Of a stretch of DNA of 64,000 nt, positions 25,150-37,650 are shown in pieces; position 1 is the first letter of the stretch; every line of letters begins with the position of its first letter. The stretch lies in assembly GCF_018350175.1 (NCBI RefSeq), contig NC_058377.1, positions 61,938,001 through 62,002,000 of the forward strand, written 5' to 3'. This DNA comes from Felis catus (lineage: Eukaryota). The translations under genes were made by a program, and so were the position numbers. The notes beneath the pieces were generated by a model, which searched no databases, was not told the DNA's origin, and was given only the letters and a program-made list of their open reading frames with translations.

Positions 25150-26030
25150 TGCTATTCTCAGCCCTGGTTTCAAATCTTCCACTCCTCTTTGACCATTTGC
25201 TCTCATCCCTGTGTACATTTAGTTGTCAAGTTTCATAGCCTTTCTACAAACATTCCTGCCCCTTCATTTATACCATAGCTGCCCAAGTGTAGATTTTTGG
25301 CATCTGAATTACCAAAGCAATCTCCTAATTTTTCCCTACACATCTCTGCCAGAATGCATCAATTTCTTCCCTTGGCTGACAGAGTGATCCCTCTAAAATC
25401 CAAATATTCCTTGTGAATTCATCAAAGCATACACATTATCCTTCTTTCAAAATTGGGTAACGACCGAGGTGTGAATCATCCTTCAGGTCTCAGTCTTAAC
25501 TCATCTCTCTACTTCTACCTATTGATTTTTGGCTAGAATACTTAATCTTCTTCCGTTATTGGGCAGTAAAAGAAGTGTGTATATTATAGCCTAGTGCAAG
25601 TTGCTATACCATCTGTTGCTCAAGGTCATGCTTATTTGCCATAGGATTCCTTTATGTCTTCTTTCCTGGGATTCATTCACTCCCTCATGGACAATATTTT
25701 AGTAATATCGCACCATAAAACTGTGTGTCCACTCCCACTGCTGACCTCACCATTACTGTTTGTGCTGGATTTTCACTTGTGAGACTGACAGTTGATTGTT
25801 CCAGATTTCTTGATTGTGTTTCCTTTCTTGGATTACTAACTGCCACACTTCTTTGGTCCTCCTCCTATTTCCATGTTTACCTTTCTTCAGTTTCCATTAC
25901 AAATGTTTCTCCTATTTTGTCTCCTAAATACTAACATTCTCCATGCTCTTTCTCAGCCTGCTTCAATGTTGGATCTGTGTATTCTCGCCGGATGATCTTG
26001 GAAAACATCAGATTTCAAAGATACATCCTT
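25150..26030 (+). mobile_element. L2 remnant (paralogs ~2130-3080, 12560-13440, 39600-40360)
   Basis: Pyrimidine-rich L2 ORF2-like relic; present in all four units. Confidence 0.4.
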
Positions 26031-26195
26031 AGTTATAATTTATAATTACTTTTCAACTAATAGTTTGGCATTTATAGTTGGACTCTTCATATAATTCAAA
26101 AGTCAACATGTGCCAAATATGAATGTAAACTTGTTTTTTCTAGTACTTTTCTCAATAAATGACATGATTTTTTTTTTGTATTTGTGTAGCTGATC

Positions 26196-26739
26196 AGTAT
26201 TACTTCGGCTTCTCTGAAGAGGAAGAATCAATAGGATGATTAGATAGATAGTAGAGGGAGAGATAGATAGATAAACAAATGGATTTATTATAAGGAATTG
26301 ACTCTTGTTCACATAATTGTAGAGGCTGAAAAGTCCCATGATTTGTCATGTGCAAGATGGAAACCCTGGGGAGCTGGTGGTGTAATGCTATCTAAATCTG
26401 AAGGCCTGAGAACGAGAGCAGCTGAAGGTAGAGACTCTAGTCCACTTCTGAGGGCCCCAGAATCAGGAGTACCAAGAACCAGAAAAGATGATGTTCCACC
26501 TGAAGCAAACAGAGGAAGCACCTAGGTTTTTCTTCCTCCTAATTTTTCTCTATTCAGGCCTTCATTGGTTGGGATTATGTTCCCTGATGTTGGGGATGAC
26601 ATCTGCTTTATTGAGTCCACCAATTCAAATGCCAATTTCATCCAGAAACACTCTAAGAAGCACACATAGAAAACTGTTAAGCCATCAATCCAGTATCCAT
26701 GGGAACCAGTCAAGAGAACACATAAAATTAACAATTATA
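26196..26739 (-). mobile_element. MLT2 (ERVL) solo LTR in I2
   Basis: Paralog of 13604-14238; contains a (GATA)-like tract. Confidence 0.8.
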
Positions 26740-27017
26740 CTGTCTAATCCAGAGCAAGTGTTCTTTGCACGTATTTTTTTCATTCATTCCCCATATCCAC
26801 TTCAGTAGTCACCAAAACCCAAATATTCTACATCCTGAGTATAAGTCAGACAATTCCAAAGGTGCAATGAATTTTTGAGATGACCCCTAGTGGGGAAATA
26901 GAGGAAATTAACAAAAGCAGGCAGCATGATTGCTGGATAAAGCTAAGGTTTGAGGCCAGAGATATTCCTCATTCATTGTGTTAATTTGTGGATGGTTATG
27001 AGTTTTATTCATAGTAT

Positions 27018-27421
27018 TTTCTAGATGATTGTATGCCACCAAAAATAAAATAAAATAAAATAAAATAACCCTCATATGTTGAAGTTCTAACCCCCAGTGT
27101 AAATGTGTTGGAAGACAGCATTTCAGGAGGTAATTAAAGTTAAATGAGGTCATAAAATTTGGGCTCTAGGCTGATAGGATTAGTGTCTTTCTAAGAAAGG
27201 CACCAGAGAAGCTCCCTCTCTCTGCTCATGCTCAGAGGAAAGGTGAAGTGAAGGCAGAGTGCTGTCTGCAAGCCAGGAAGAGAGTCTTCACCAGAAATTG
27301 AAGCCTACCTGACCTTTCTCTTGGACTTTCTAGAGTCCAGAACAGTGAGAAAATGAATTACCATTGTTTGAACCATCCAGCCTATGGCACTCTGTCACAG
27401 CAGCCCCAACCGATTACTACA
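27018..27421 (+). mobile_element. MLT1A-type MaLR solo LTR in I2
   Basis: Paralog of 14520-14925. Confidence 0.8.
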
Positions 27422-28117
27422 GCTTTCCCCATTACGAGAAATAGAAGCAGAGGGGCTGCATGGTGAGATTTATCCAGGTTAGGAGCCAGAGAGCTACTTT
27501 GAAGGAAGGAAAAATCCTCCCCTGCCAGACAAACAATCTCTGGTGGGAAGTTTTTATCATTCTTGCTCTGTTAGGATTATGATTGCATAGTAGAAAAAAT
27601 TCTGTGTTCTTAAAATCATTTATACTTCAAGCCTACTTTTCTCATCCAGTCCTCTGTCTCTTCTAGGCATCATGCAAGGGAACAATTTCAATTCTGGATA
27701 TAGAGGCAAGTCCTCTTCATGAGTCATTAAATCACCATGCACTTGACTACGGCTTGCTGTGTCTGGTTATGCATATTTATTTTAGAGCCACGTATGATTT
27801 TGGATCAGAGTATTTTGGCCGTTTTGTATATTCTGAATATAAATATACTATTAAAAAATCAGCAGGGCAGTGGGAATCGTGTTGTGTCTTTCCTCCCCGA
27901 TCTAAAGCTAAATAAGTCATAGTTCTTAGTGGGGAGTTACATGAAAGAAAAAGAAAGTTTCAAAAAGTAAGGATTGCTTTTTCACATGTTTAACTTCAGG
28001 TCGCTTTTGCAATCGTAATTAATATCTATTATTAGATTATTTTGCTAATGAGAAAGAATAATAATTCCAAATGGGTGACTTATTACATTTAGTATTTGTA
28101 AATAAACTGACATTTTT

Positions 28118-28323
28118 CCAACGTTTTTATTTATTTTTGGGACAGAGAGAGACAGAGCATGAACGGGGGAGGGGCAGAGAGAGAGGGAGACACAGAATCG
28201 GAAACAGGCTCCAGGCTCTGAGCCATCAGCCCAGAGCCCGAGGCGGGGCTCGAACTCACGTACCGAGAGATCGTGACCTGGCCGAAATTGGACGCTTAAC
28301 CGACTGCGCCACCCAGGCGCCCC
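28118..28323 (-). mobile_element. Young SINEC_Fc
   Basis: CpG-intact, near consensus; perfect 15-bp TSD TAAACTGACATTTTT (28103-28117 and 28324-28338). Confidence 0.95.
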
Positions 28324-28627
28324 TAAACTGACATTTTTAATGAACTATATATTTTTCAAAATTCACTACATGACTTTTAAACATGAAAAAATTAAGTCAT
28401 GTGTATATGGGATTGGTTGTAGTGAAGATGTGCATTAGAAAAGTTATGCGTTATTCAATTAAACACTATTTTTATAAATATTATAAAATATTTTTGAGTT
28501 ATACTCAATCCTAAAATTATTTAATCTTATGAAATGTTTCCTGTTTTCTTAAGGATACATGTTTCTCTTACATTTAATAATAAATACTTATTGTAAGATA
28601 TAGCAAAACAAGTGGATTTTGATTTTT

Positions 28628-28845
28628 TTTAAATTTTTTTTCAACGTTTTTTATTTATTTTTGGGACAGAGAGAGATAGAGCATGAACGGGGGAGGGGCA
28701 GAGAGAGAGGGAGACACAGAATCGAAACAGGCTCCAGGCTCCGAGCCATCAGCCCAGAGCCCGACGCAGGGCTCGAACCCACGGACCGTGAGATCGTGAC
28801 CTGGCTGAAGTCGGACGCTTAACCGACTGCGCCACCCAGGCGCCC
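28628..28845 (-). mobile_element. Young SINEC_Fc
   Basis: CpG-intact; perfect 15-bp TSD TGGATTTTGATTTTT (28613-28627 and 28846-28860). Confidence 0.95.
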
Positions 28846-28944
28846 TGGATTTTGATTTTTATATGTAATTTATATATACTCAGTCCCCCAGTTTATATAG
28901 TTTATAACACATGCATGCACAAATATGAGTCACAGGGGTTTTTG

Positions 28945-29370
28945 TGTTAATTGCTAAGCCATTGTGTCTCAGCTTCAAACCCTTCTGTGCTCTGCTTGGG
29001 GATGCCTAGGTTGGGACCACACTTTCCCTCCACCTGCTGGCTGGCTCTTAGACTCTGCCAGTAGAGGGCAGTAGAGGCCGATTAGAGAGCTCGGGCAGGG
29101 CTAGGGGATTTGTCTATCCTATGCACATCTGTTCCTGTCAGGGTCACCCAAGCATCTGCTGTTTTCATTGGATATAGCAATTGATTCTAATAGAAACAGT
29201 AGGCTCCAAGTGGCAATTTTAAATTGCCCCTTACTTTGAACCAACCTCATCATGTCCCTCATGTATACCAGCGCTGCCTGGCTGGAATCCCTCTTCAGAG
29301 TACCCACTATGAAGTCACTCTCCTTTGCCAGAACCTCCTCTTAGGACCATTGCTGATTACAGCAGTTACT
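28945..29370. repeat. Unassigned interspersed repeat, possibly LTR-like (paralogs ~3870-4190, 16205-16640, 42075-42500)
   Basis: GC-richer block with sharp boundaries in AT-rich DNA, at the same position in all four units; family not identified. Confidence 0.45.
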
Positions 29371-30066
29371 CTCAATTATGTATGTATGTGGCTTAATTGC
29401 CACAACACAGAAACAAAACTCCCTCCACTCCCAACCAAGTTACTTACATAACCAAGGGTTCTCCCAGCTTACTTTTATAAAAGTAAAATTGAGAATAGCT
29501 AAGCATGAACCCCACTTCATTGAATCAATATTGAATTGTGAATACATGAGGTAATTTGGAAAAAAGCAAAACTCCATCCACCTCATTAAGGAATACAATG
29601 TCCAAAACAAATTAGTCTTATGATTATAATTTACAAAACATAAAGATTATTATATTGTTTTTATTAATATATTATAATGATTGTTATAACAAAACATTTT
29701 AACATTTGTAGCCTATTGTTACAGTCAATAAAATAACTCCTCGTACTATTACAATTATATGAGTTATCATAATGAGATATTCAAGCAAAAATACACATGT
29801 GGGAAAATGGACCAACTTCAAAGAGACAGAGCAATAATTTCGAATTTCTGACAGTTAAGAAAAGCTTGTTCATATACTTTTAAATGGGTAATGTTGAGTT
29901 GTAAACTTCTAGGGCATAACGTTTCCATAGGATAAATTAAAAAGTGTCCTAAGGGGCTTTTATTTTTAAATGCCAATATTTACATTATAATAGAAATTAC
30001 ATCTTTTTCTACACTTTAAACTTCTAATGATAAATCTTAGAGTCAACTTAAAGTATGAAGGGAATT

Positions 30067-30302
30067 GGGGTGCCTAGGTGGCTCAGTCGGTTGGGCGTCC
30101 GACTTCACCTCAGGTCATGATTGCACAGCTCCTGAGTTCAAGCCTTGTATTGGGCTCTGTGCTGACAGCTCAGAGCCTGGAGCCTGCTTCAGATTCTATG
30201 TCTCCCTCTCTCTCTCCACCTCCCCCACTCATGCTTACTCTCTCTCTCTCTTCTCTCAAAAATAAATAAACGTAAAAAAAATGTTTAAAAGTAAAAAAAA
30301 AT
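30067..30302 (+). mobile_element. Can-SINE specific to I2
   Basis: Full head and A tail; degenerate TSD around AGTATGAAGG. Confidence 0.92.
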
Positions 30303-30342
30303 AGAGTATGAAGGCAATGCAGTGTTTTGAAAATTCTTTTAG

Positions 30343-31731
30343 CTGGCACAAAAACAGACACATAGACCAATGGAACAGAATAGAAACCCCAGAACTAGAC
30401 CCACAAACGTATGGCCAACTCATCTTTGACAAAGCAGGAAAGAACATCCAATGGAAAAAAGACAGCCTCTTTAACAAATGGTGCTGGGAGAACTGGACAG
30501 CAACATGCAGAAGGTTGAAACTAGACCACTTTCTCACACCATTCACAAAAATAAACTCAAAATGGATAAAGGACCTAAATGTGAGACAGGAAACCATCAA
30601 AACCTTAGAGGACAAAGCAGGAAAAGACCTCTCTGACCTCAGCCGTAGCAATCTCTTACTCGACACATCCCCAAAGGCAAGGGAATTAAAAGCAAAAGTG
30701 AATTACTGGGACCTTGTGAAGATAAAAAGCTTCTGCACAGCAAAGGAAACAACCAACAAAACTAAAAGGCAACCAACGGAATGGGAAAAGATATTCGCAA
30801 ATGACATATCGGACAAAGGGCTAGTATCCAAAATCTATAAAGAGCTCACCAAACTCCACACCCAAAAAACAAATAACCCAGTGAAGANNNNNNNNNNNNN
30901 NNNNNNNNNNNNNNNNNNNNNNNNNNNNNNNNNNNNNNNNNNNNNNNNNNNNNNNNNNNNNNNNNNNNNNNNNNNNNNNNNNNNNNNNNNNNNNNNNNNN
31001 NNNNNNNNNNNNNNNNNNNCGCCAGTCAGAGTGGCCAAAATGAACAAATCAGGAGACTATAAATGCTGGAGAGGATGTGGAGAAACGGGAACCCTCTTGC
31101 ACTGTTGGTGGGAATGCAAATTGGTGCAGCCGCTCTGGAAAGCAGTGTGGAGGTTCCTCAGAAAATTAAAAATAGACCTACCCTATGACCCAGCAATAGC
31201 ACTGCTAGGAATTTATCCAAGGGATACAGGAGTACTGATGCATAGGGCCACTTGTACCCCAATGTTCATAGCAGCACTCTCAACAATAGCCAAATTATGG
31301 AAAGAGCCTAAATGTCCATCAACTGATGAATGGATAAAGAAATTGTGGTTTATATACACAATGGAATATTACGTGGCAATGAGAAAAAATGAAATATGGC
31401 CTTTTGTAGCAACGTAGATGGAACTGGAGAGTGTGATGCTAAGTGAAATAAGCCATACAGAGAAAGACAGATACCATATGATTTCACTCTTATGTGGATC
31501 CCGAGAAACTTAACAGGAACCCATGGGGGAGGGGAAGGAAAAAAAAAAAGAGGTTAGAGTGGGAGAGAGCCAAGGCATAAGAGACTGTTAAAAACTGAGA
31601 ACAAACTGAGGGTTGATGGGGGGTGGGAGGGAGGAGGGGGGGGTGATGGGTATTGAGGAGGGCACCTTTTGGGATGAGCACTGGGTGTTGTATGGAAACC
31701 AATTTGTCAATAAATTTCATATAAAAAAAAA
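30343..31731 (+). mobile_element. Young 5'-truncated felid LINE-1 (L1_Fc type)
   Basis: Open ORF2 C-terminal frame ([14 protein letters not shown]...WPFVAT*, with a premature TAG in place of the expected W), G-rich 3'UTR, A tail, and perfect 14-bp TSD GAAAATTCTTTTAG (30329-30342 and 31732-31745). Confidence 0.96.
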
Positions 31732-32439
31732 GAAAATTCTTTTAGGAATTTCCCATATGAAAAGATTGAAGACCATTACAATGAAATAATTTGAGAGGAG
31801 AAAGCTTGTTACAAGGGAAGAGAATAGATTACTCTTAAGTTTTGGGAGAAAATACAGTTAATCCTGGAAAGGGCTTTGACAGAGGGAATCCTTGGCGCGG
31901 GGACCAGAGAGATGGCTGAGTTAAGCAATCTGAGAGGATCTACCTAGAACACTGATATCATTTCCTGCCAGGCCCAGCTTCAAGGCTAATGAGTGGGGCA
32001 GAGGACAGTTGCACAGTGCCCAGGCTCAGAAGGGTCTTGTGCTCTCCTTAAAGCTCTGCTGTCATCATAATAAAATTCTTGGTAATTCGATTTTCGAACT
32101 TGCGTTTTGTAAGTGAACGTATGGTACAGTGATGCATGTATGTACCTGCCACCCTTATTTGCTTCCCATGAGCATGGAATTTTGGTCTATTCACAGTGAG
32201 AGGGAGTTCAAGAAGACACACAGAAATAAAGAGAAGAGAAGAAATCAAGGAGACAAGGAAAGAAAAGAGAAACAGAGCGATGAGAGGAAAGGATAAAACA
32301 TAAAACAAAGTATACCGGATGTTTCATTTCCACTTTCCTGGCAAAGTCATCAAAGAAGATTCTCCTTCCTTATTTCTTCCTCATTTTATCACCCCCCCCC
32401 TTCTTGTTCTCTTTCTCAAAGTGTGTTTCATGGACCAAG

Positions 32440-32588
32440 TCCCTGGAGGTTGCCACTTTGCTTTACACTCCTGAGCATCACAGACAGAGTCAATAAATAA
32501 GCTCACTTATCAAGCCCATTGACCAGAGGAGGCTGGGCCATAGAGCTGAGCCGAAGACATTCACTGAGCCCAGAAAACTCAGGTGAGA
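32440..32588 (+). promoter_or_regulatory. Putative promoter and non-coding first exon of OR copy C
   Basis: TCCCTGGAG at 32440-32448, AATAAATAA at 32492-32500, donor CAG|GTGAGA at 32583. Confidence 0.5.
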
Positions 32589-33138
32589 GAAAGAGCAGCT
32601 ACTTCAACCCAGATTACACATTCAGCCCCCTCTGCTCCCTCATTCCACACCCACCCAAACTTGCACAGAAACACAGCTTTTACCTCCTTTACTGTAAAAC
32701 CAGATACACACCTCCGGCACAAGCTGTCCCTGGACGAGCTGTCCACACAGCCTCACACTCAGGACATCTCCAACACAGCTCCAACCTCAGCATGCCCTGC
32801 CTGCAAGTGTGTGTCTACCCCAGAGGTTCAGTCTTGAAATCAGATTCCAGCAACCATGTTTAAGGAAAGAATACAGAGTTAACTAATTGAGGTCTAGGTC
32901 AGAGAGAGGACTCAAGGACAAGACCCTGGGACAATTTGGAGAGAAGGCCCCTATTGTGGACCAGAGTGGCACTACCTCAATATCTTACCCATTGCTTCCT
33001 AAGGGGGGAATAAATCCAATTCTTCCCTAACCACAGTTTTCCTGGTCTTCACAACCCAGAATATCACAGAGTACCACTATCTCATAATAACCACTTAAAA
33101 ACTTCCTTCAGGGGCAAGAATAGCCTGGGAAGAGAGGG

Positions 33139-33572
33139 TGTAGCCACGCACTGAAGATAAAGTTCTCAGAAACTTAGACTGAGCGGACGTGCAGGGCTGC
33201 CCCTGCCAGAGAAACAGCAGCGGCAGCAAAAGCAGCAAACTGCACATAGTCTTTATTTTATGTTCGCCAGGTATAAACATCAAACAATGTTACAGTCTGG
33301 GAGGAAAACGCAAAGAGCATCCAGACATAGACCAAACACACATCTGGTGTTTACCTGAAAGCATGCAGGGAAGGTGTGCAGTTTCAAGGACTGCTAGGCA
33401 ATTACAGTGGGTCTGTCCCCTCACGGGCTCCTGGGGTGGGGGATCTTGGGGCTCTGTTCTCATGGTGCTGTGGCATTCTACAGCCTTGAGACCAGAACAT
33501 CGCTGATGTTTCAGCAATTACCCCATTCACTTTCCCAGGGCTTACAATACACTCTCTACAAATAACCCCACA
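33139..33572 (-). mobile_element. Solo LTR (434 bp), unique to copy C
   Basis: TG...CA termini, 5-bp TSD GAGGG (33134-33138 and 33573-33577), AATAAA on the - strand at about 33252-33257; absent at the paralogous sites ~18945 and ~44610. Confidence 0.82.
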
Positions 33573-35431
33573 GAGGGGAAGAGAAAGAGAGCTCTCTGCC
33601 CTCCACCATTTAAGCCTCTCTCCTCTAGTGACAAGGCTCACGTCAAGGCTGAGCCCAGGGCCAGTTGAGGTCATCAGTGAAAGAGTCTGTGCAAACAGGA
33701 GAGGCTCCCTAATTCTCTTTACCTCTTTCTTATTCAGGTAACAAATAAAGTGATTACAGCCTTATGAATTGATATTAGACAAAGTGCCTTGTTTGAAAAA
33801 CATAGGATTTCAGATATTGGTCACATTTATGCACATTCGGTTAAAGTAAAACTTGAAACTCTGAATCAGGACGCATAAATCAGAACCCCTCATTTCAGTT
33901 GTGCAATTAACATGCTTTGTGATGTGGATGACATCAGTTTACTTCTCTGGACTTTGTCTTCCCACTGATTAGGGGTGCAAATGATGATTATACTCTGTTT
34001 TATCCAGAGGGCTGTTAGGAAATAAAGAAGTTGAAAAAAAAGGGGGGGTGATTATTTGGGGTGTCAAAATTATAAATCTCATGAATATTACTTTTTGCTT
34101 AACCATAAATTTTGTTAAGGTAATAAGTCACATGATGCCGTTTCAAATTTAGAGATGGAAAAAAGAAGTCCCAAAAAGATTGTCGTATTTTTCCAATGCC
34201 ACGTAATGAGACCTCAGAGGAAAGAATGTCTAGAGTCATTGGTTTTTTTAAATTAAAACCTCCCAAAGAAATGGAAGATTTGTTCAAAATCACACATCAG
34301 TTTTGTTAGAGAATCCAGTCTAAAATTCAAGTTTCTCAATATCCTACATAGTTTTCCTTTCAGTAGGTGATGTGCTTTTAAAATTAGTTAGCCTTTTACA
34401 ACAAAACCAGATTCCTTATCAGAATATCTTTTCTGTGAACAACCCCAGGGCACTCCATTTTCTCCCTTAATCTGCCTTTTCAGCACTCGGTGTTCTGATC
34501 TAGCCTCAGTATCCAGCCATCTCACTGGGAGGCATGCAGGTTGGCTTTGCCACAGTAGGGAGTGCCTTCTCTCAGCTACAATGTTTGATGTCACTTGCTT
34601 TCTTCTATCATACCCTGACAAATACTCAAACCACCGTAGACACTCAATCATGAGAATTGTAAACATATTTAGGTGGCCTAGCCTCTTTATAAGCATTCGA
34701 GGTGAGATATAAAATGAAGTTGTGTACTGTATATATATGAAGATACATTACAAATACAGAAAATATAGATTGTATTATTATATTATGAATTTTCAAAGTC
34801 AGTGGTATCTTACTAAAGTTATCAAAATTGAGTCTTTAGTGAACATTGATCAAAATGTCTAGATCCAGACACAGGCATGATCAGTGTAGAGTATATAATT
34901 TCATAAAAGCATGATCTCAGCCAACAGGATTTTGTAAACTATTTGAAGGATCAAAAATTAAAAGACCATTAAGGAACAGAAGAAAGTTATGGCATCTGGA
35001 ATCCAGAAAAACTTTCACTGAAGCGTAGAAAAAAGAGAAGGGGAAAATAAAGACAGAAGACTCCATAGGCATGGAAAAGGCATGAACGAGAGAGTCAAGG
35101 AACAACCATCAATGTGAGTCAACTAAATGTTAAAAAATGCTGGACAGGATGTGTAGGAGGTAAGTCATGAAGGATCAGCTTGGAAATATTCTTAAATACT
35201 TTGGAATATGGAACTCAAAACATGATTGACAAGTACAAGAATTAACAGAAAGAAAAAACAGCAGACTGTATGCGATAGAATCTTTCAAGATATTTGAACA
35301 AGTTAATAACAGTAAATATTTTTCTTACCTAAAAAGATTATTTCACAGAAAGTTCATCATTTTATGTGAATGATGTTACAGGGAAGGCATTCCATTACCC
35401 CTTGGATAAAGGCCTTTATTTACCAAGCAGA

Positions 35432-36388
35432 ATGCCTGCTTCCAACATCAGTGATGACAGTCTCCCAGGCACACTCATCCTGACGGGCATCCCAGGGCTG
35501 GAGTGGGCCCACGTCTGGATCGCCATCCCCTTCTGCGCCATGTATCTGGTAGCGCTGGCTGGGAATGCTGCCCTCATCCTGGTCATTGTGACAGACAGTG
35601 CTCTTCATGCACCCATGTACCTCTTCCTGTGCCTTCTCTCACTCACCGATCTGGCTCTCAGCTCTGTCACTGTGCCCAAGATGCTGGCCATTTTGTGGCT
35701 TCATGCTGGAGAGATTTCCTTTGGTGGATGCCTGGCCCAGATGTTTTGTGTCCATTCTATCTGTACCCTGGAGTCTTTAGTTCTTCTTGCCATGGCCTTT
35801 GATCGCTACGTGGCAATCTGCAACCCACTGAGATACACAACCATTCTCAACCATACAGTCATAGGCAAAATTGGCCTTGCTGGGCTGTGCCGTAGTGTGG
35901 CCATTGTGTCCCCGTTCATCTTCTTGTTGAGGCGACTGCCTTACTGTGGTCACCATGTCATGGCCCACACATACTGTGAGCACATGGGCATCGCTCGCCT
36001 GGCCTGTGCCAACATCACTGTCAATATTGTCTATGGGCTGACTGTGGCCCTGCTGGCCATGGGTCTGGATGCCATCCTCATTGCCATTTCCTACGGCTTT
36101 ATCCTGCATGCTGTCTTCCGCCTTCCATCTCAAGATGCCAGGCACAAGGCTCTGAGTACCTGTGGCTCCCACCTGGGGGTCATCCTGGTCTTCTACATTC
36201 CTGCCTTCTTCTCCTTCCTCACCCACCGCTTTGGCCAGCACCGAGTCCCCAAGAATGTGCACATTTTTCTGGCCAACCTGTACGTGCTGGTGCCTCCTGT
36301 GCTCAACCCGATCATCTATGGGGCTAGGACCAAGGAGATTCGGAGCCGACTTCTGAGGCTGCTACATATGAGGAAGGTCTCATTGTGA
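35432..36388 (+). CDS. OR52D1-like: Class I olfactory receptor, OR52D1-like, copy C (318 aa)
   Basis: Intact ORF with OR motifs; TM3 variant HSICTLESL. Start placed at 35432 after the CAG at 35428-35430; the upstream in-frame start at 35366 is predicted intronic. Confidence 0.93.
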   Translation: MPASNISDDSLPGTLILTGIPGLEWAHVWIAIPFCAMYLVALAGNAALILVIVTDSALHAPMYLFLCLLSLTDLALSSVTVPKMLAILWLHAGEISFGGCLAQMFCVHSICTLESLVLLAMAFDRYVAICNPLRYTTILNHTVIGKIGLAGLCRSVAIVSPFIFLLRRLPYCGHHVMAHTYCEHMGIARLACANITVNIVYGLTVALLAMGLDAILIAISYGFILHAVFRLPSQDARHKALSTCGSHLGVILVFYIPAFFSFLTHRFGQHRVPKNVHIFLANLYVLVPPVLNPIIYGARTKEIRSRLLRLLHMRKVSL

Positions 36389-36764
36389 GTTCTGACCAGT
36401 GGTTGGAGATGACAAGACTGCTAAATAGACCTGATAATTGTCTGGATGCATGTGTATGTATGGAAGCCTTTGATGTGAGAAGGATAATAACTTGTAAGGA
36501 AGCACTGGAAAAAAGGGAATGGCCAGAATATTTGGACATGTTAAGGATTACACTGAATATCCCCCTTTAGCAATTCTGAATTGCCGAGAATGAGATTATT
36601 TTTTCTGTCATCTAAACAGGGAGTATAATTTACCAGGAAGCAATGCATCTCTATCTGTAGTTCACACTGCTTCTCATTATAGAAATATTCTACTGGGCAA
36701 TGAAGTAGAATAACAACAAAAACAGCACATTTGGAATGAATCTGAATCTGAGCTTCAAAACTCT

Positions 36765-37012
36765 GAGCAGTGATTAAGAGCATAAGAGCACAAATGGTGT
36801 AATCAGAGTGCTTGGGTTTGAAAACTTGTTTCTCCATTCACTACTTTTGTGCTTTAAGCCTGTTGCTAAATTCTTCTATGCCTATTTAGGTCAACTGTAA
36901 GTGGGGATAATAAGATCTAACTCTTGAAGTTGTGGTGAGGATAAAAGAAATTATTGAGTGTGTGTAAAAAACTTAGAAAAGTATCTGAAGCTTAAAATGT
37001 TCAATAAAGAAA
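36765..37012 (+). mobile_element. MIR in the 3' flank of copy C
   Basis: Paralogous MIR ending in TTCAATAAA. Confidence 0.7.
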
Positions 37013-37650
37013 TGTAAGATGTAAAAGTCATGTGACCTCTCAAAAATTATTTTAGTTTTATAAATCATCTAAGAACAATTTTGTATTTCCTCATCTCACA
37101 TAATTTTTGTTACTATGTTTATAACTGCTCTATACAGTTAGACTTGCTTGGCACATGATTAGCTCTCACTAAAAGCATATTTTCTCCCATTACTACCCAC
37201 TTCTCTGTTTGAAGGGTCATTTCCTTTTTAGCCATAAATTTATCTCTTATTAGGATTTATAGAAACATGTTCAGAGTCCCAGTGCCTTTCTGCACAACCC
37301 TTGTTCATTTCAATTACTAAGTGTATCTTTTAAATTTATCATATTTGTCATTTATTGAGCTTCTGTTAATTAATATTGTTCATCAAATTAGGAGAGTTTC
37401 AGTGTTACTTCTTCCAATGTTCCTTCTCTCTCCTCTCTGCTCCTTCTCAGACTTTCATATATATATTGGCGTTCTTGACGATATCTCATAAGTGTTTGAG
37501 CCTCTGCTCATTTTCCTTCATTATGTTTTCCTTCAGTTACTCAGACTGCATGATCACTATTGACCAATCCTCATGTTTGCTGTTTCTTTCTACTGTATTG
37601 TCAAATGTACTGTGGAGCCCTTAGAGTAAATTTTTATATCAATTATTGAA

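Larger units (their letters stand above)
22110..35431 (+). repeat. Tandem duplication interval I2 (B to C)
   Basis: Collinear with I1/I3; carries extra young SINEs, an L1 and a solo LTR. Confidence 0.93.

Noticed and set aside
28331-28343. ACATTTTTAATGA resembling the homeodomain core of OR enhancers (H/P element type)
   Set aside because: Single copy overlapping a SINE TSD, no adjacent O/E site seen, and the paralog at ~41694 lacks the TAAT.
28071-28822. Short ORFs and tRNA-like heads in SINEs throughout the window
   Set aside because: Can-SINE-derived; neither proteins nor tRNA genes.
30308-31417. 369-aa ORF
   Set aside because: 5'-truncated L1 ORF2 read from a start codon in flanking DNA; not a host gene or an autonomous L1.
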